From: Verrucomicrobiales bacterium
Lineage (GTDB): Bacteria > Verrucomicrobiota > Verrucomicrobiia > Verrucomicrobiales > V1-33
Direction: 5' to 3'
Assembly: GCA_031411295.1 (NCBI GenBank)
Contig: JANOAV010000025.1
Coordinates: 1-64,000 of the forward strand
DNA: 64,000 bases
The translations under genes and the position numbers were made by a program. This document shows positions 19,770 to 29,849 of this stretch, piece by piece. Within the stretch, counting starts at the first letter, position 1, and every line of letters starts with the position of its first letter. The notes beneath the pieces were generated by a model that was not told the origin of the DNA, made no database searches, and was given only the letters and a program-made list of their open reading frames with translations.

Positions 19770-20369
19770 TCAAACCACCTCCGGGGGATAAACCACATAT
19801 TGCTCTTCGGTCATTTTCCCCAACTTCGTCAGCCGATTCTGGATCGCTCCCACCCCCCGTTCGTGAGCCTTGGCCAGCGCGGGGATCGACTCTTGGGCGT
19901 CAAATGCGTTGATCAACAGGGCTTCCTCCGCAGGTGTCCAAGGTTTCCCGTGATTGAGTGGACGAGGCGCGGTGAAAACCACTTCAGCCTTGGCAGTCTC
20001 CACGATCGGTCCCGTCGGTCCCGTCGCAACCACGGTTTTAGGTTGCGGTTGTGGAAACTGTTTCTGAATCGGCTTTGGGTCTTCCTTTTGCACGGGCTTC
20101 TGGATTGCTTTCTGCACCGGCTTTGCAGGAGTTGGCACGGGTGTGGCTTGTCGCAGCGTAGAGGCCGTCAGTAATTCACCAGCAATCGCAATCGCCTGCG
20201 TCCGCGTCAATTGCACGGCGGTTTTGAAAGAGGGCGGACCGATTCCTTCCATAGTGGGATGACTCCGTCGCAACTGAAGCCAGATGTGAAGCTCATCGCT
20301 ATAAATATGCACTGCATCGGTTTTATTCAATGGAAACGTCAAGACTCTCATTCCTTTGGGAGCTGGCAT
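19770..20369 (-). CDS. Hypothetical protein with C-terminal Myb/SANT-like HTH
   Basis: NHGKPWTPAEEALLINAF...ALAKAHERGVGAIQNRLTKLG; Pro/Lys/Gln linker. Confidence 0.65.
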   Translation of the reverse strand: MPAPKGMRVLTFPLNKTDAVHIYSDELHIWLQLRRSHPTMEGIGPPSFKTAVQLTRTQAIAIAGELLTASTLRQATPVPTPAKPVQKAIQKPVQKEDPKPIQKQFPQPQPKTVVATGPTGPIVETAKAEVVFTAPRPLNHGKPWTPAEEALLINAFDAQESIPALAKAHERGVGAIQNRLTKLGKMTEEQYVVYPPEVV

Positions 20370-20493
20370 AAAGTAAAGTTAGCTGGGGTTCAATAATTAA
20401 AAGTAACAAGGTAAGCTCAGGCGCAGTCAAACGTGCCGGAAGCAGACCTCCCAGAAGCTAAACGTGCGGTCTCCAGAAACCAAGTGAAAAGCA

Positions 20494-20560
20494 AGTGTGG
20501 AGCAGTCGGCTCGACTGCTCAATCCTCTTCAGTGCCTGCAGTCCAGCGGACTGCGACCAC
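20494..20560. repeat. REP pair (family C plus an inverted related REP)
   Basis: 32-bp copy identical to 19534-19565, followed by GCAGTCCAGCGGACTGCGACCAC (reverse strand GTGG-headed hairpin, also seen at 45068-45090). Confidence 0.8.
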
Positions 20561-20571
20561 TCTCGGTCAGC

Positions 20572-21951
20572 CTACGCCCCTTCCTTCCCATGTTTGATGA
20601 ACTCCCAAAACTCTTCGTATTTGAAAGGGCGGCTGAATTCTCCGTGGTGGCATTGGATGCATTGGCCGGGGCCGACGGGGCGCATTTTTTGGAAGATGGT
20701 CTCACCGGGTTTGGTGGTGGTGCGGGCTTGGAGGTGGTCGCTGGCAGGGCCGTGGCAGCTTTCGCAACTGACGTTGATGAGCTTTTCCTGACCCATGCTG
20801 CGGAGGTAGCCGCCGGGTTCTCCGAAGCCGGTGACGTGGCATTTGATGCAGGAGGGATCGGTGGCGGATTCTTTGCGCACGAGGGAGTCGAAGGCGTGGG
20901 CGTGGCGGGATTTCTCCCAAGTGGCATAGGCTTTGGGATGACACCCGACACAGGATTGGCTGCCGACAAAGGTGGCGTTCGGTTTCACGCCAGGAATGGC
21001 ATCGGCAGCGGTGCCGGGGTGATCCACTGCGAGATCCGCCTTGCCGACCGTTTGCCGATAGGCGCGGGAGAATTTCGCCACCGCAGGGTCCTCGGGAATG
21101 CGATCGTGCATCAGGGAAATTTCGCCTTTGGCAGGAGTTAGGTTTTTGGTGACAGGGTCCCAGGTGGTATGAAGTTCGCCCAGGGCGCGGGATTGATTCG
21201 TGGTGGCGAGAATCCAGCTTTGGTTGACGCGCATGAGCGACGGGGACGGCTGCTGGACATCTCCGCCGAGGAAGATGGGGATCTCGTAAAATTCCTTCGC
21301 CAGCTTCTCCAAGCCGGATTCATCCGTAAACGCCAGACAGATGAGGACATCTGCTTGACCCTTCACCTGTGGGATCACTTGGCGCAACGTTTCCGCGGCG
21401 TCGGCAATGATGACGGAAGCATCGGGTTGCCAGTTGGTGCCCTGCACGATGCCCATCAGCCCGACCTTCAATCCGCCCAGATCCACCACCTTCCACGGCG
21501 TCACGACGGGCCTGCGCGTGGTAGCATCCAGCACGTTGGCGCTGAGGAGCGTGACAGGAGAATCTTTCGCCAAGCGACGCAACGTTTCCGCTGGCAACGA
21601 CGCCTCGCGACTCCCCAGGTTGACCGCTTGATAACCCAAATGGCCTTCTGCCTGCAAGAGTTGCTCGAATTGCAGCACCTGATAGTCTTCCGTGCCCGCC
21701 AGCGCATTGCCGATCTCCAGCCGCAGTCCGGTTTTCGGCGTCTTGCTGAGCACCGTGCTCACCCGCGTCAAGCCTCCGAATTGACCGCTGAAACAGCCAC
21801 AGGGTTCGATCCGGCCACTGGTATCTGCCGTGAACCAAATATCCAGCGGCAGGGGCTTGGCAGGTGGCAGCGGCTGCGGTCGGGTCAAGAAAATGGCCGC
21901 CGCTAACCCGGCTACGAGCACAACCAAAGATGCGATAACAAGACGCCGCAT
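20572..21951 (-). CDS. Exported tetraheme c-type cytochrome (c554-like) fused to an N-terminal 5'-nucleotidase/UshA-like metallophosphoesterase domain
   Basis: N-terminal TM/signal; TADTSGRIEPCGC...GGLTR, AVNLGSRE, LLSANV; four CxxCH motifs (CVGCH, CIKCH, CESCH, CIQCH). Confidence 0.88.
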   Translation of the reverse strand: MRRLVIASLVVLVAGLAAAIFLTRPQPLPPAKPLPLDIWFTADTSGRIEPCGCFSGQFGGLTRVSTVLSKTPKTGLRLEIGNALAGTEDYQVLQFEQLLQAEGHLGYQAVNLGSREASLPAETLRRLAKDSPVTLLSANVLDATTRRPVVTPWKVVDLGGLKVGLMGIVQGTNWQPDASVIIADAAETLRQVIPQVKGQADVLICLAFTDESGLEKLAKEFYEIPIFLGGDVQQPSPSLMRVNQSWILATTNQSRALGELHTTWDPVTKNLTPAKGEISLMHDRIPEDPAVAKFSRAYRQTVGKADLAVDHPGTAADAIPGVKPNATFVGSQSCVGCHPKAYATWEKSRHAHAFDSLVRKESATDPSCIKCHVTGFGEPGGYLRSMGQEKLINVSCESCHGPASDHLQARTTTKPGETIFQKMRPVGPGQCIQCHHGEFSRPFKYEEFWEFIKHGKEGA

Positions 21952-21955
21952 AGTC

Positions 21956-22630
21956 TTAATGAAGCAGGGAATAGAGCAGGATGTTCACATTCATCTGCTC
22001 GGATTCCAGAATCTGATTTCCCCCGCAGCAGCAACAGCCCTTGGCATGGTGCGCATCATTGAGCCCTTCTTGGGAATAAATCATCACCAGTCGGCCATTC
22101 AGTTCGACGCCTTCCACTAACGTGGTGCCACCGCTCTTGAGCGACAGCGTAGGAATCTGATAGACCATGGAAAAGACCGGATGCTTCATGGGGATCTTCA
22201 CCAACTTGGCCTCTGGCAACAGCGCGGTCAGTTCATTGCGGAAACTCTTGCCCCATTCTTCATCGGAACAACCAGGGCTGGCCAGCAGGAAGCCGCCGCA
22301 GCGTAAATAACGCGCGAGATTGGTGCGGTCTTTCTCGGTAAACTTAAACGTGCCTTCTCCGGAAATGACTGTGAAGGGAGTATCGAAAAGTTGATCGCTA
22401 TCCAAACGCACGGCCTGGAAATCCGGCAGAATCACCAAGTCCGTTTCCTTGGCGGCGGTGCGCAGGAACTCGGAGGCAAAGCACTTGGAAGTCTTGGTGC
22501 CGGCATAGGTGAGATTGCCACAGCGGATCGCAGTGGCGGTCTCGGCCGCGGCGGGGCTGAGTTCTCCCGCAGTGGCCGTCAGACCACTGAACAGGATGGT
22601 GAGGAAACAAACGGAAGTGCGCAAGTTCAT
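21956..22630 (-). CDS. Exported DUF4159-family protein with a CCCC motif
   Basis: Signal peptide; PFTVISGEG, LARYLRCGGFL, KHPVF, GVELNGRLVMIYS; KGCCCCGGN. Confidence 0.8.
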   Translation of the reverse strand: MNLRTSVCFLTILFSGLTATAGELSPAAAETATAIRCGNLTYAGTKTSKCFASEFLRTAAKETDLVILPDFQAVRLDSDQLFDTPFTVISGEGTFKFTEKDRTNLARYLRCGGFLLASPGCSDEEWGKSFRNELTALLPEAKLVKIPMKHPVFSMVYQIPTLSLKSGGTTLVEGVELNGRLVMIYSQEGLNDAHHAKGCCCCGGNQILESEQMNVNILLYSLLH

Positions 22631-25485
22631 GGTTTGGGAGTGGTGGTGAGTTTACGGAAATAGGCTTCAACGAGATCGCGATATTCTTCAGCCGCAGCAT
22701 CGCGTGCGGCTTCGGTGCTGGTGCGATTGGAAGTGGTGATGGTGCCATTTTTGTTGTCGGGATCACTGGACAGCGAAGCTCCGGGCGAGAGCGTGCCATT
22801 GGCTTGGCCTTTGGAAGCGGTGGCCGACTCCGGTTTATCCCGACGGCCTAACTTGGTCTCACCACCGAGCAAACTTTTAGGCGGTTGATTCGTGGAGTTG
22901 CCGCTGGCCATCATGCCGCCTGCGCCTGCTTCGCCCATGCCCTGTCCTTTGCCCTTCCCTTTTCCCTTCCCGAATTTCCGGCACATGGCCATCTGTTCAA
23001 ACGTTTGGCCTGCCAACATGGAGCGGGCGAGACTTAGTCGCTGGGCAAACTCTTCGCCCATGCCGGGTTTACAATTTTTACATTCCGACATCATTTTCGC
23101 CATGTCCTCCCGCAAGGTCTCGGCGCGATCATGGCTCTCCTGGCCCTGGGCAGCCAGCATGCTGCGGGAAGCGCGTTGGGCCTGCGTGTCCAGACCGGCG
23201 TCTTCCAGTTTGTCCGCAATGTCCCGGGCGTCCTGCGCGGCTTCGGGAAAGGCTTTCTCCGCTGCATCCGCCTTCTCCCGCAACTCTTTGGTGATCTCCT
23301 GCAAACCCTCGGCAATGGCCCGTTCCTGCGTGGCCATGTCCTGCAATGCCAGCTTGTCTTCGCGTGTTAGTTCCGGTTTCTGTTTCAACGCTGCGGTCTG
23401 CTCCGCCAGTTCCTTTTGTTGTTCATACAATTCCTCAAAAGCAGTTAGTGGTTTCTGCAAATCCTGCATTTGCTGTGCTTCCGCAATCGCTTGATCGATC
23501 TCCTCCCGGCTTTCCTTAGAGGTGGGATCAAGTCGCTCCGCCTGCTCCTTGCCGGCATCCGCCAGTTCCTGCGACCCTGCCTTGGCTGCGTTCGCTTCCT
23601 TGTTCTGGGCGACGCTTTCGCGAATCTTGTCGGCTTCCTTGGCGAGCACCTTTTGCAGGCTCTTTTCCAAATCATAGAGCGGCTTGTCCCGCACCGCTTG
23701 ATCCATTTTCTCCGCCAATGATTCCAATCGATTATTCAAATCCGCCTGCTGGGCCGCCAACTTCTCCTGCGTGGCGGGATCGTTCTTCCCAGTCTTGGCT
23801 GCGGCTTCAGCGGCTTCGGACAAGTCGCGCTGTTCTTTCACCAGGCGATCCAGTTCGTCATGCAAAGAGCTGAATTTCTCCTGCAAATCAGCAATCTCCG
23901 ATTCCATGCGCAGCAGGTCGTTGTATTGTTCCTCGCTGATGACTTCCAACTTCAGCGTGCGAGTCCTGGCGATTTGCGGTTCCGGCCGAATGTCCGTCAC
24001 ATCAGCAAAGACGCTGATGATGTCACCGACCTTCGCGCCCAGATCCACTGGTCGGATGGGCAGGGCTTCCAAGCCTTCGCGTTGCGGTGGATCCGCTTGG
24101 GCCGTGATCACTTTCGGTTCGTTCCAACTGCCGTTGATGCCCGAGTGGAGGCGAGTCTTGGCGATCCCATAGTCGTCGGAAATTTTCACGGCCACCTTGG
24201 TTTCAAAGGTATCCACAATGAATCCATCCTGCGTGGGTTCTGTGATTTCGATTTGCGGCGGCAAGTCTTGCGTAATCGTCAGCGAGGTGGCAATTTCGCG
24301 ATCGGCAGACAGCCCAGTTTCATCCCTCAGATCAAAGGTGATGCGACCACTCTCGGTCGGCGTTAGCGTGACGCTGGCGGTGTTGGCTAAATCACCGGTG
24401 CCAGGCAGTAGCTTGGAATCTGCGCTGGTGACTGCGCCCTGTAGTTTGGCACCTCCGGCACCCAGTGGACGATTGGAGGTCAGGGTAAACGTCAGTTGAC
24501 TGCCCGTCAGCGCGCTGATCGCAGGCACGGCTCCCTTGCCCAACGGAAGTTCGGATTGGCGCGGCTTTTGTTTGGTGTAAGCCGGTGGCTCCACGCGCAG
24601 GGTGCTCTGCTGCAACTGCGGGGTCAGCACGACGGAGATTTCCCGGGCCTGGCTCAGCGAACGACGGTCGGCGGTGGCGGCTCGCACGGACAAGTTCGTG
24701 GTCACTTCATCGATCTGCTGCACGAAGCGATCCTTGCCTTCCGGGAGCATGGGCAGGACGAGTTCCTGGTCCGGGAGCGCGGGGTTTTTCACCAGCAGGA
24801 AAACTTCATCAGGCCGATGGCCGGAGAACTCAACTTCGATCGTAAGGGGCTTGCGATAAATGATCGCCTCGCCATCGCGCGCTGGGGTGAGGATGGTGAA
24901 CTGGGTGAACGAGAAGGGCGGATGATCGCCAAACGGATCGATGAAACGCTGAATTTGCCGCCAGGAAATGCCTGCAAAGCAAAGCGCCAAACCACATGTT
25001 AGGGCGACCGGCACCGCTGCGTGGAGGACGCTTCGTTTCAGCGTGGTGGATTTCACCAGCGGATGAAAACGATGGCCAGCCAACTCGGTGGAAGCATCCG
25101 CAATCGCCTGCGTGGCCAATTGCCGCGTCATGGGCAGTCGCGCTTGATCCTGGGCTTGTTCATCCAGTTGCAGAACGTTCATCAATTTCGATCCCAGAGT
25201 GGGATCGCGACTTTCCAGCAAACGCGCAATGCGCAGCAAGGGACCGCGTTGCCGCCACGCCCGCCAAGCATACACGCCCAGGATTGCCAGCGCAGTCAGC
25301 GCGAGGCCCAAGGAAATGATCAACCGAGGCACGCTCGAAAGTTGGGCGATCAAATCAAGTCCGACACACAACAAGATCACGGCACAGCCCCATTTCACCA
25401 AGCGCAGCAACCATTCAAAAGCCAGGCCACGACGCCACGTGCGATCAGCAGATTGTAATTTCCGGAGGATGGGGTCGGGAGGCAT
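22627..25485 (-). CDS. Large membrane-anchored protein with Ig-like domains and long coiled coil (DUF4175-like)
   Basis: N-terminal TMs, ARLLESRDPTLGSKLMNVLQL, VEPPAYT, DLPPQI...SDDYGI, C-terminal EEYRDLVEAYFRKL. Confidence 0.8.
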   Translation of the reverse strand: MPPDPILRKLQSADRTWRRGLAFEWLLRLVKWGCAVILLCVGLDLIAQLSSVPRLIISLGLALTALAILGVYAWRAWRQRGPLLRIARLLESRDPTLGSKLMNVLQLDEQAQDQARLPMTRQLATQAIADASTELAGHRFHPLVKSTTLKRSVLHAAVPVALTCGLALCFAGISWRQIQRFIDPFGDHPPFSFTQFTILTPARDGEAIIYRKPLTIEVEFSGHRPDEVFLLVKNPALPDQELVLPMLPEGKDRFVQQIDEVTTNLSVRAATADRRSLSQAREISVVLTPQLQQSTLRVEPPAYTKQKPRQSELPLGKGAVPAISALTGSQLTFTLTSNRPLGAGGAKLQGAVTSADSKLLPGTGDLANTASVTLTPTESGRITFDLRDETGLSADREIATSLTITQDLPPQIEITEPTQDGFIVDTFETKVAVKISDDYGIAKTRLHSGINGSWNEPKVITAQADPPQREGLEALPIRPVDLGAKVGDIISVFADVTDIRPEPQIARTRTLKLEVISEEQYNDLLRMESEIADLQEKFSSLHDELDRLVKEQRDLSEAAEAAAKTGKNDPATQEKLAAQQADLNNRLESLAEKMDQAVRDKPLYDLEKSLQKVLAKEADKIRESVAQNKEANAAKAGSQELADAGKEQAERLDPTSKESREEIDQAIAEAQQMQDLQKPLTAFEELYEQQKELAEQTAALKQKPELTREDKLALQDMATQERAIAEGLQEITKELREKADAAEKAFPEAAQDARDIADKLEDAGLDTQAQRASRSMLAAQGQESHDRAETLREDMAKMMSECKNCKPGMGEEFAQRLSLARSMLAGQTFEQMAMCRKFGKGKGKGKGQGMGEAGAGGMMASGNSTNQPPKSLLGGETKLGRRDKPESATASKGQANGTLSPGASLSSDPDNKNGTITTSNRTSTEAARDAAAEEYRDLVEAYFRKLTTTPKP

Positions 25486-25530
25486 AGCAAGTGGATAGTA
25501 GTTCAGGAAATCAGAATGGGAAATCTCTTT

Positions 25531-27735
25531 TTAGACTAACCCCCAACGTCGGCGGAGGAACCAATCGGTGGCAAAGGCGGCACACAGCAGCCAGAAACAT
25601 AGCGTGGTGTCCCAGAGGCTGATGCGGCGGACGGCGGGAGGTGCGGCACTTTCGGCGGCCGCAGCGCGCGATAACGTTTCCAGTAGGCCGGGGAGGCTGG
25701 CGGCATCGAGGACGCGACCACCGCTGGCGGTGGCTAGCTTGCGTAAATATTCGAGATCGGTGGCGACGTCGGTGGTTTCGGTTTGCGGGGCATAAACCCC
25801 GTAGCGACATCCGACTTTCAGGCCGTCCGGCAACGTTAGTTCAGCCAGATAGCGACCGGATTTGTCGGCGGTTACAACTCCTTCCCAAGGGCTGGCAGGA
25901 TCGCGTTGGGTCATGACCGTCGTGGCCAGCTTCACGCCGTCCTTTGATAGTTGCAGAGCGGGAGGCTGTTTGAAGGTCAGGGCCTTGCCTTCGGGTCGGG
26001 CGGGCAGCTGCAGCGTGAAATGGACTTCTTCCCCAATCTCCAGATTCGCTTTAGGCACCACGAGTTGCGGTTGGTCGGACGGGGCTCGATTCGATCTGGC
26101 CACCAGATTGATGAGCAGTTGATTCCAGAAACGATCGTAAATATTATTATCGGCTTCTGCATTGGCATGAAGCGACCATTTCCAAACGCCTGCCAGCGCC
26201 ATTTCGAAGACCTGGCCCGCGCCTTGCTGCCGCAATAGCATGGCCGGCAGTTCTTGTTTCTGGATGTCATCCTGAACCTTCGCTTCCACGGAGGCTAGCA
26301 ATTTCGGCTTGCCCGTGCCCGCCGCGACCGGGAGTGGCGGCAACTTGCTGGGGCCGCCTTCCAGTAGGACTTCCAGTGGCACCACCGAACTCTTCGAGCG
26401 TGAGGGCACCAAGGAAACGGGCCCCGTAAAGCCTTCTCCGGGTTCGCTGGGAGACAGCTCGGCCCATGCGGCGGAGGTGCCGGGCACGCCGCGCGCGAAA
26501 ATGAGCGTCAGGCCTTGGTCGGTGACATTTTTCACCAACGCGGCAATCATTTCTTCGCTTAGCAGACGTTCGATTTCGCGACCCAGGATAATGACCGGAT
26601 AGCTGGCCAGCAGGGTGGGGGAGAGTTCGCCTAACTTTGGCAACGTGGCATCGCTCCGGCTTGTGTGCTTACGGGATTTGCCGGCACTAACAACGGTGTC
26701 CAAACTGATGCGATTGTTGCGGGACAAGGTGCGTTGGAGAAAGGAAGAATCCCAATGCGGCTCGCCTTCCAGCAACAACACAGGAATTCGCGCGTCGGTG
26801 ACATTGAGATAGGCGTAGGCGGTGTTGTTCTCCAAATCCCGTTCATCGGATTGGGCAGTGCAGCGGATTTCGTATTCGAATTGTCCGGGCTTTTCTTCAC
26901 TGATTTCGAAGCTCACGGGAACTTCGTCATCGCCTGTAGTGCGAACCTTCTGTTCTCGCAGCACTTCGCCCGCCCGCACCAGTTCCACGCGGACCTGCCG
27001 CGCCCCGCAGGAGCGGAAGCGCACCGCTGCATCGAGCCGGGATTTCTGTTTTACGAAGGTGGAAGGCTGCGTCGAAACCATGAACACCGCCACGTCTGGT
27101 AAATGCACTGTCTTCCCCAACGGCACCGGATAAATGGGCGTGCGATACTGTTGGGAGAGTTTGCCTAACCGCTCCGGTGGCACGCCTTCAAAATCATGCC
27201 CATCAGAGAAAAGGAACAAGCCGACGCAATTTTCCTTGGTCCCGAGAGACCGTAACACGCTGCTGATGGAAGTGTTGAAAAAAGAGGTGTCGCCATTGGC
27301 CTGCAGCGCATTTAATCCCTCAGCGGTCACGGGCCGACTCTCGGTATCGAACGCGTGCAATCGTGAATTTCCCAACGGACTCTCGCCCACGAGTTGATGC
27401 TGACGGATCAGCCTGCGGCCGGCATCCAGGCGGGAAGAAGCGGATTCATCCAACTCGCCCATGCTGCGCGAAGTATCCAGCGCCACCAACGCCAAGCGGG
27501 CCCGATGGGTGCGGGGCAAGGCTTCTTCCTGGGAAGGTTGCAGCAGGGGCAGGCACAGGAGGGTCAACGCCAACCAGCGGAGCGACAACAGCGTGAGGCG
27601 TTTCGGCCAACCTAACTTCGGTCCTCCCCGAGCCATGGCCCACCACGCCAAACTGGCCAGGAACAGCCAGAGCAGGACGATGGAGGGCAACGGGATAATG
27701 GGTTCCCAAACCACGGTGGCTAGTAAAGAGTTCAT
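25531..27735 (-). CDS. Membrane protein with vWA, Ig-like and glutamine-amidotransferase-like domains
   Basis: MIDAS DTSRSM, LFSDGHD, DLENN, LATASGG, C-terminal DWFLRRRWGL; ATG 27735 overlaps the upstream stop. Confidence 0.82.
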   Translation of the reverse strand: MNSLLATVVWEPIIPLPSIVLLWLFLASLAWWAMARGGPKLGWPKRLTLLSLRWLALTLLCLPLLQPSQEEALPRTHRARLALVALDTSRSMGELDESASSRLDAGRRLIRQHQLVGESPLGNSRLHAFDTESRPVTAEGLNALQANGDTSFFNTSISSVLRSLGTKENCVGLFLFSDGHDFEGVPPERLGKLSQQYRTPIYPVPLGKTVHLPDVAVFMVSTQPSTFVKQKSRLDAAVRFRSCGARQVRVELVRAGEVLREQKVRTTGDDEVPVSFEISEEKPGQFEYEIRCTAQSDERDLENNTAYAYLNVTDARIPVLLLEGEPHWDSSFLQRTLSRNNRISLDTVVSAGKSRKHTSRSDATLPKLGELSPTLLASYPVIILGREIERLLSEEMIAALVKNVTDQGLTLIFARGVPGTSAAWAELSPSEPGEGFTGPVSLVPSRSKSSVVPLEVLLEGGPSKLPPLPVAAGTGKPKLLASVEAKVQDDIQKQELPAMLLRQQGAGQVFEMALAGVWKWSLHANAEADNNIYDRFWNQLLINLVARSNRAPSDQPQLVVPKANLEIGEEVHFTLQLPARPEGKALTFKQPPALQLSKDGVKLATTVMTQRDPASPWEGVVTADKSGRYLAELTLPDGLKVGCRYGVYAPQTETTDVATDLEYLRKLATASGGRVLDAASLPGLLETLSRAAAAESAAPPAVRRISLWDTTLCFWLLCAAFATDWFLRRRWGLV

Positions 27736-29849
27736 GTCGAAGGATGGCCGGCGGCTCGGAGGAAGGGACGAAACAACAACATTTCCAAAGTGAAGAGCAG
27801 GGCGGCTCCCAGCAGGAACCAATGAAAGACGGGTCGGCCCGTGGTCAGTTCATCGTAGTCCTGGGCTCCGCTGATGAACTCGCCCGGCTTCCCTGCGCCT
27901 GTTTCGGAGCGTCGTCTAATTTCGTCAGGATCGATGCCGCGCAAGTCAGCTTCCTCCTCAGGGACATTTACGGCACCTGCCCATTGCAAGGCTCCGGGCG
28001 GTCCCTGGGAGTAAAGGCCAGCCACGGGAGCCGGGAAATTTGCCGTGACGCGTTCGCCATTCACGGCCGTGCGCACTACCACCGCGCTTTGATCCGGCGC
28101 GCGCACAGGCGATTTCTCCAACTCAGTTAACCAAAGATCTGCCGACACCATGCCGCCTGTTTCTGCTGAGATATCCGGAATGTTATCTGGCTTCAGCGCT
28201 TTCACCAGATCCTTCATCCAAGCGGGAAACAAGCGTTGGCGGGCCAGATTGCTGGCCAACTCCGACGGAGCGAAATTACAAAAAAGCGCTGTGCCCAGAC
28301 CGGCTTCCGCGGAGCCTAACGCCGGCATGCCATCGCTGAAACTCAGCAACACGGAACCATGCCCAGTGGGGAGCGCCCGTTGCAGCGCGTAAAACTCTAA
28401 CAACCCCAGGGATTGCCGTCCGCCACCGCGAAACAGCCGCAGGAAACGTGAACTGAAATTGCCCTTGGCGACTTTCTGCGGAGCCCCGCCGAAGTTCTCG
28501 GTGGAAAGTTTACCACTGAGCTGGAAGGGCACGAACGATCCGCTGGCCAGTTTATTGAGTCGGTCCAAATGCTCACCATCGGCCGGACCATTGAGAAACC
28601 ACAGCAAGCCGCCGCCCGCCAGCAGAAAGGATTCGAGTCGTTGCAGGGTTTCTGTCGGGAAGCGATTAACTCCCGTGAGCACGATGCGCGAGGCGGAACC
28701 AATTTGCTGCGGCGTGACGTCCTTGGCTTTGACGGAACGCACGTTGAACGCGCCGCCCTTGCCATCATAAGGATCCAGCGCAGCGAGCACAAACTTGGCT
28801 CCGGACTCTATTTCATCACCGTCGCTCAAGACTAAGATTTCCTCCTGCTCGCGCACTTCCAGCTTAACCCAGCGATGGTTATCGGCGGGCAATGCATCGT
28901 CGGGCGAACGCACTTCGATGCCGTGCACGCCGGGCTTGGGAGCGGTCAGTTCCAGGCTGGTATGCGCAATCGACCACGGGGCGATTTTCACTTCGCCCGG
29001 GGTTGCCAAGCGGCCATCCACCACGGCTTCCAGCGGCAGGGTGATTTCGGTGGCTGAGTAATTGGCGGCGGTAATTTCCAGTCGCACCAGCTCCTTGGCG
29101 GAGACAATATTGGTGGTCGTGGTGGCGCGCAGAATAGCGGTGTTAGGACGTTCTCGTTCCCCGGCGGCGGTATCGACAAAGAAGAGTCGGACCCCTTCCG
29201 GCATGCTTTCAAACACCACATCCGCCCAACTGGAGCGCTGGAAGTCCGATAAAATATAGACTTCCGCCCCCCGCGCTTCAGTTCCCAGCAGGGTGCCAGC
29301 CAAGGCTAACGCTTTGCCAAAATCCGCCCGTTCTTGTGATGGTGGCAGGGCCGTGAGGCCGATTTGAATTTGATCATGCGAGGAAGTGAACTCCGGCAGC
29401 AAGGCTTCCGGTTGGCGGGAAACCGTGATGGCGTTCACCTTGTCGCTCGGTTTCAAAGTGGCCAGAATTTTCCCGGCTTCGATGAGCATTCGTTTCGAAG
29501 CGGCCACTTGGGTCCCCGCCCGATGTTCCATACTCAAAGAGCGATCCGCCACCAACAGCACCTTCCGTCCACCCCCTTTGCTGGCCGCCGACTGCTCTGA
29601 TCCTAACCGAGGGAGCACGGGGCGCAGAAAAGCCAGCAAGAGCAGCGCGATTGCCAACGTGCGCAGCAGCAACATCAGCAAGTGCCGCCATTTGGCCACG
29701 CTGGAGCGACCAGCCAACGAGCGGCGGATGCGTTCGATGTCAGGAAACATCACTTTCACTGGCACCCGACGATTCAATAAATGAATCACCAATGGCGCGA
29801 GCACCAGTGGGGCCAGAGTGGCGAGCAGTCCCGATTGCAGAAACGTCAT
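27732..29849 (-). CDS. BatA-domain / vWA membrane protein
   Basis: BatA N-terminus (PLVIHLLNRR...LLLRTLAIALLLLAFLRP), DRSLSM, ILSDFQ, DALPADN, C-terminal TM. Confidence 0.88.
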   Translation of the reverse strand: MTFLQSGLLATLAPLVLAPLVIHLLNRRVPVKVMFPDIERIRRSLAGRSSVAKWRHLLMLLLRTLAIALLLLAFLRPVLPRLGSEQSAASKGGGRKVLLVADRSLSMEHRAGTQVAASKRMLIEAGKILATLKPSDKVNAITVSRQPEALLPEFTSSHDQIQIGLTALPPSQERADFGKALALAGTLLGTEARGAEVYILSDFQRSSWADVVFESMPEGVRLFFVDTAAGERERPNTAILRATTTTNIVSAKELVRLEITAANYSATEITLPLEAVVDGRLATPGEVKIAPWSIAHTSLELTAPKPGVHGIEVRSPDDALPADNHRWVKLEVREQEEILVLSDGDEIESGAKFVLAALDPYDGKGGAFNVRSVKAKDVTPQQIGSASRIVLTGVNRFPTETLQRLESFLLAGGGLLWFLNGPADGEHLDRLNKLASGSFVPFQLSGKLSTENFGGAPQKVAKGNFSSRFLRLFRGGGRQSLGLLEFYALQRALPTGHGSVLLSFSDGMPALGSAEAGLGTALFCNFAPSELASNLARQRLFPAWMKDLVKALKPDNIPDISAETGGMVSADLWLTELEKSPVRAPDQSAVVVRTAVNGERVTANFPAPVAGLYSQGPPGALQWAGAVNVPEEEADLRGIDPDEIRRRSETGAGKPGEFISGAQDYDELTTGRPVFHWFLLGAALLFTLEMLLFRPFLRAAGHPST

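Noticed and set aside
19534..20525. 32-bp palindromic direct repeat as a CRISPR array
   Set aside because: Only two copies, 960 nt apart, no cas genes; the GTGG plus hairpin form fits a REP.
21790..21815. Selenocysteine in the UshA-like CGC motif
   Set aside because: Codons are TGT-GGC-TGT; there is no in-frame TGA.
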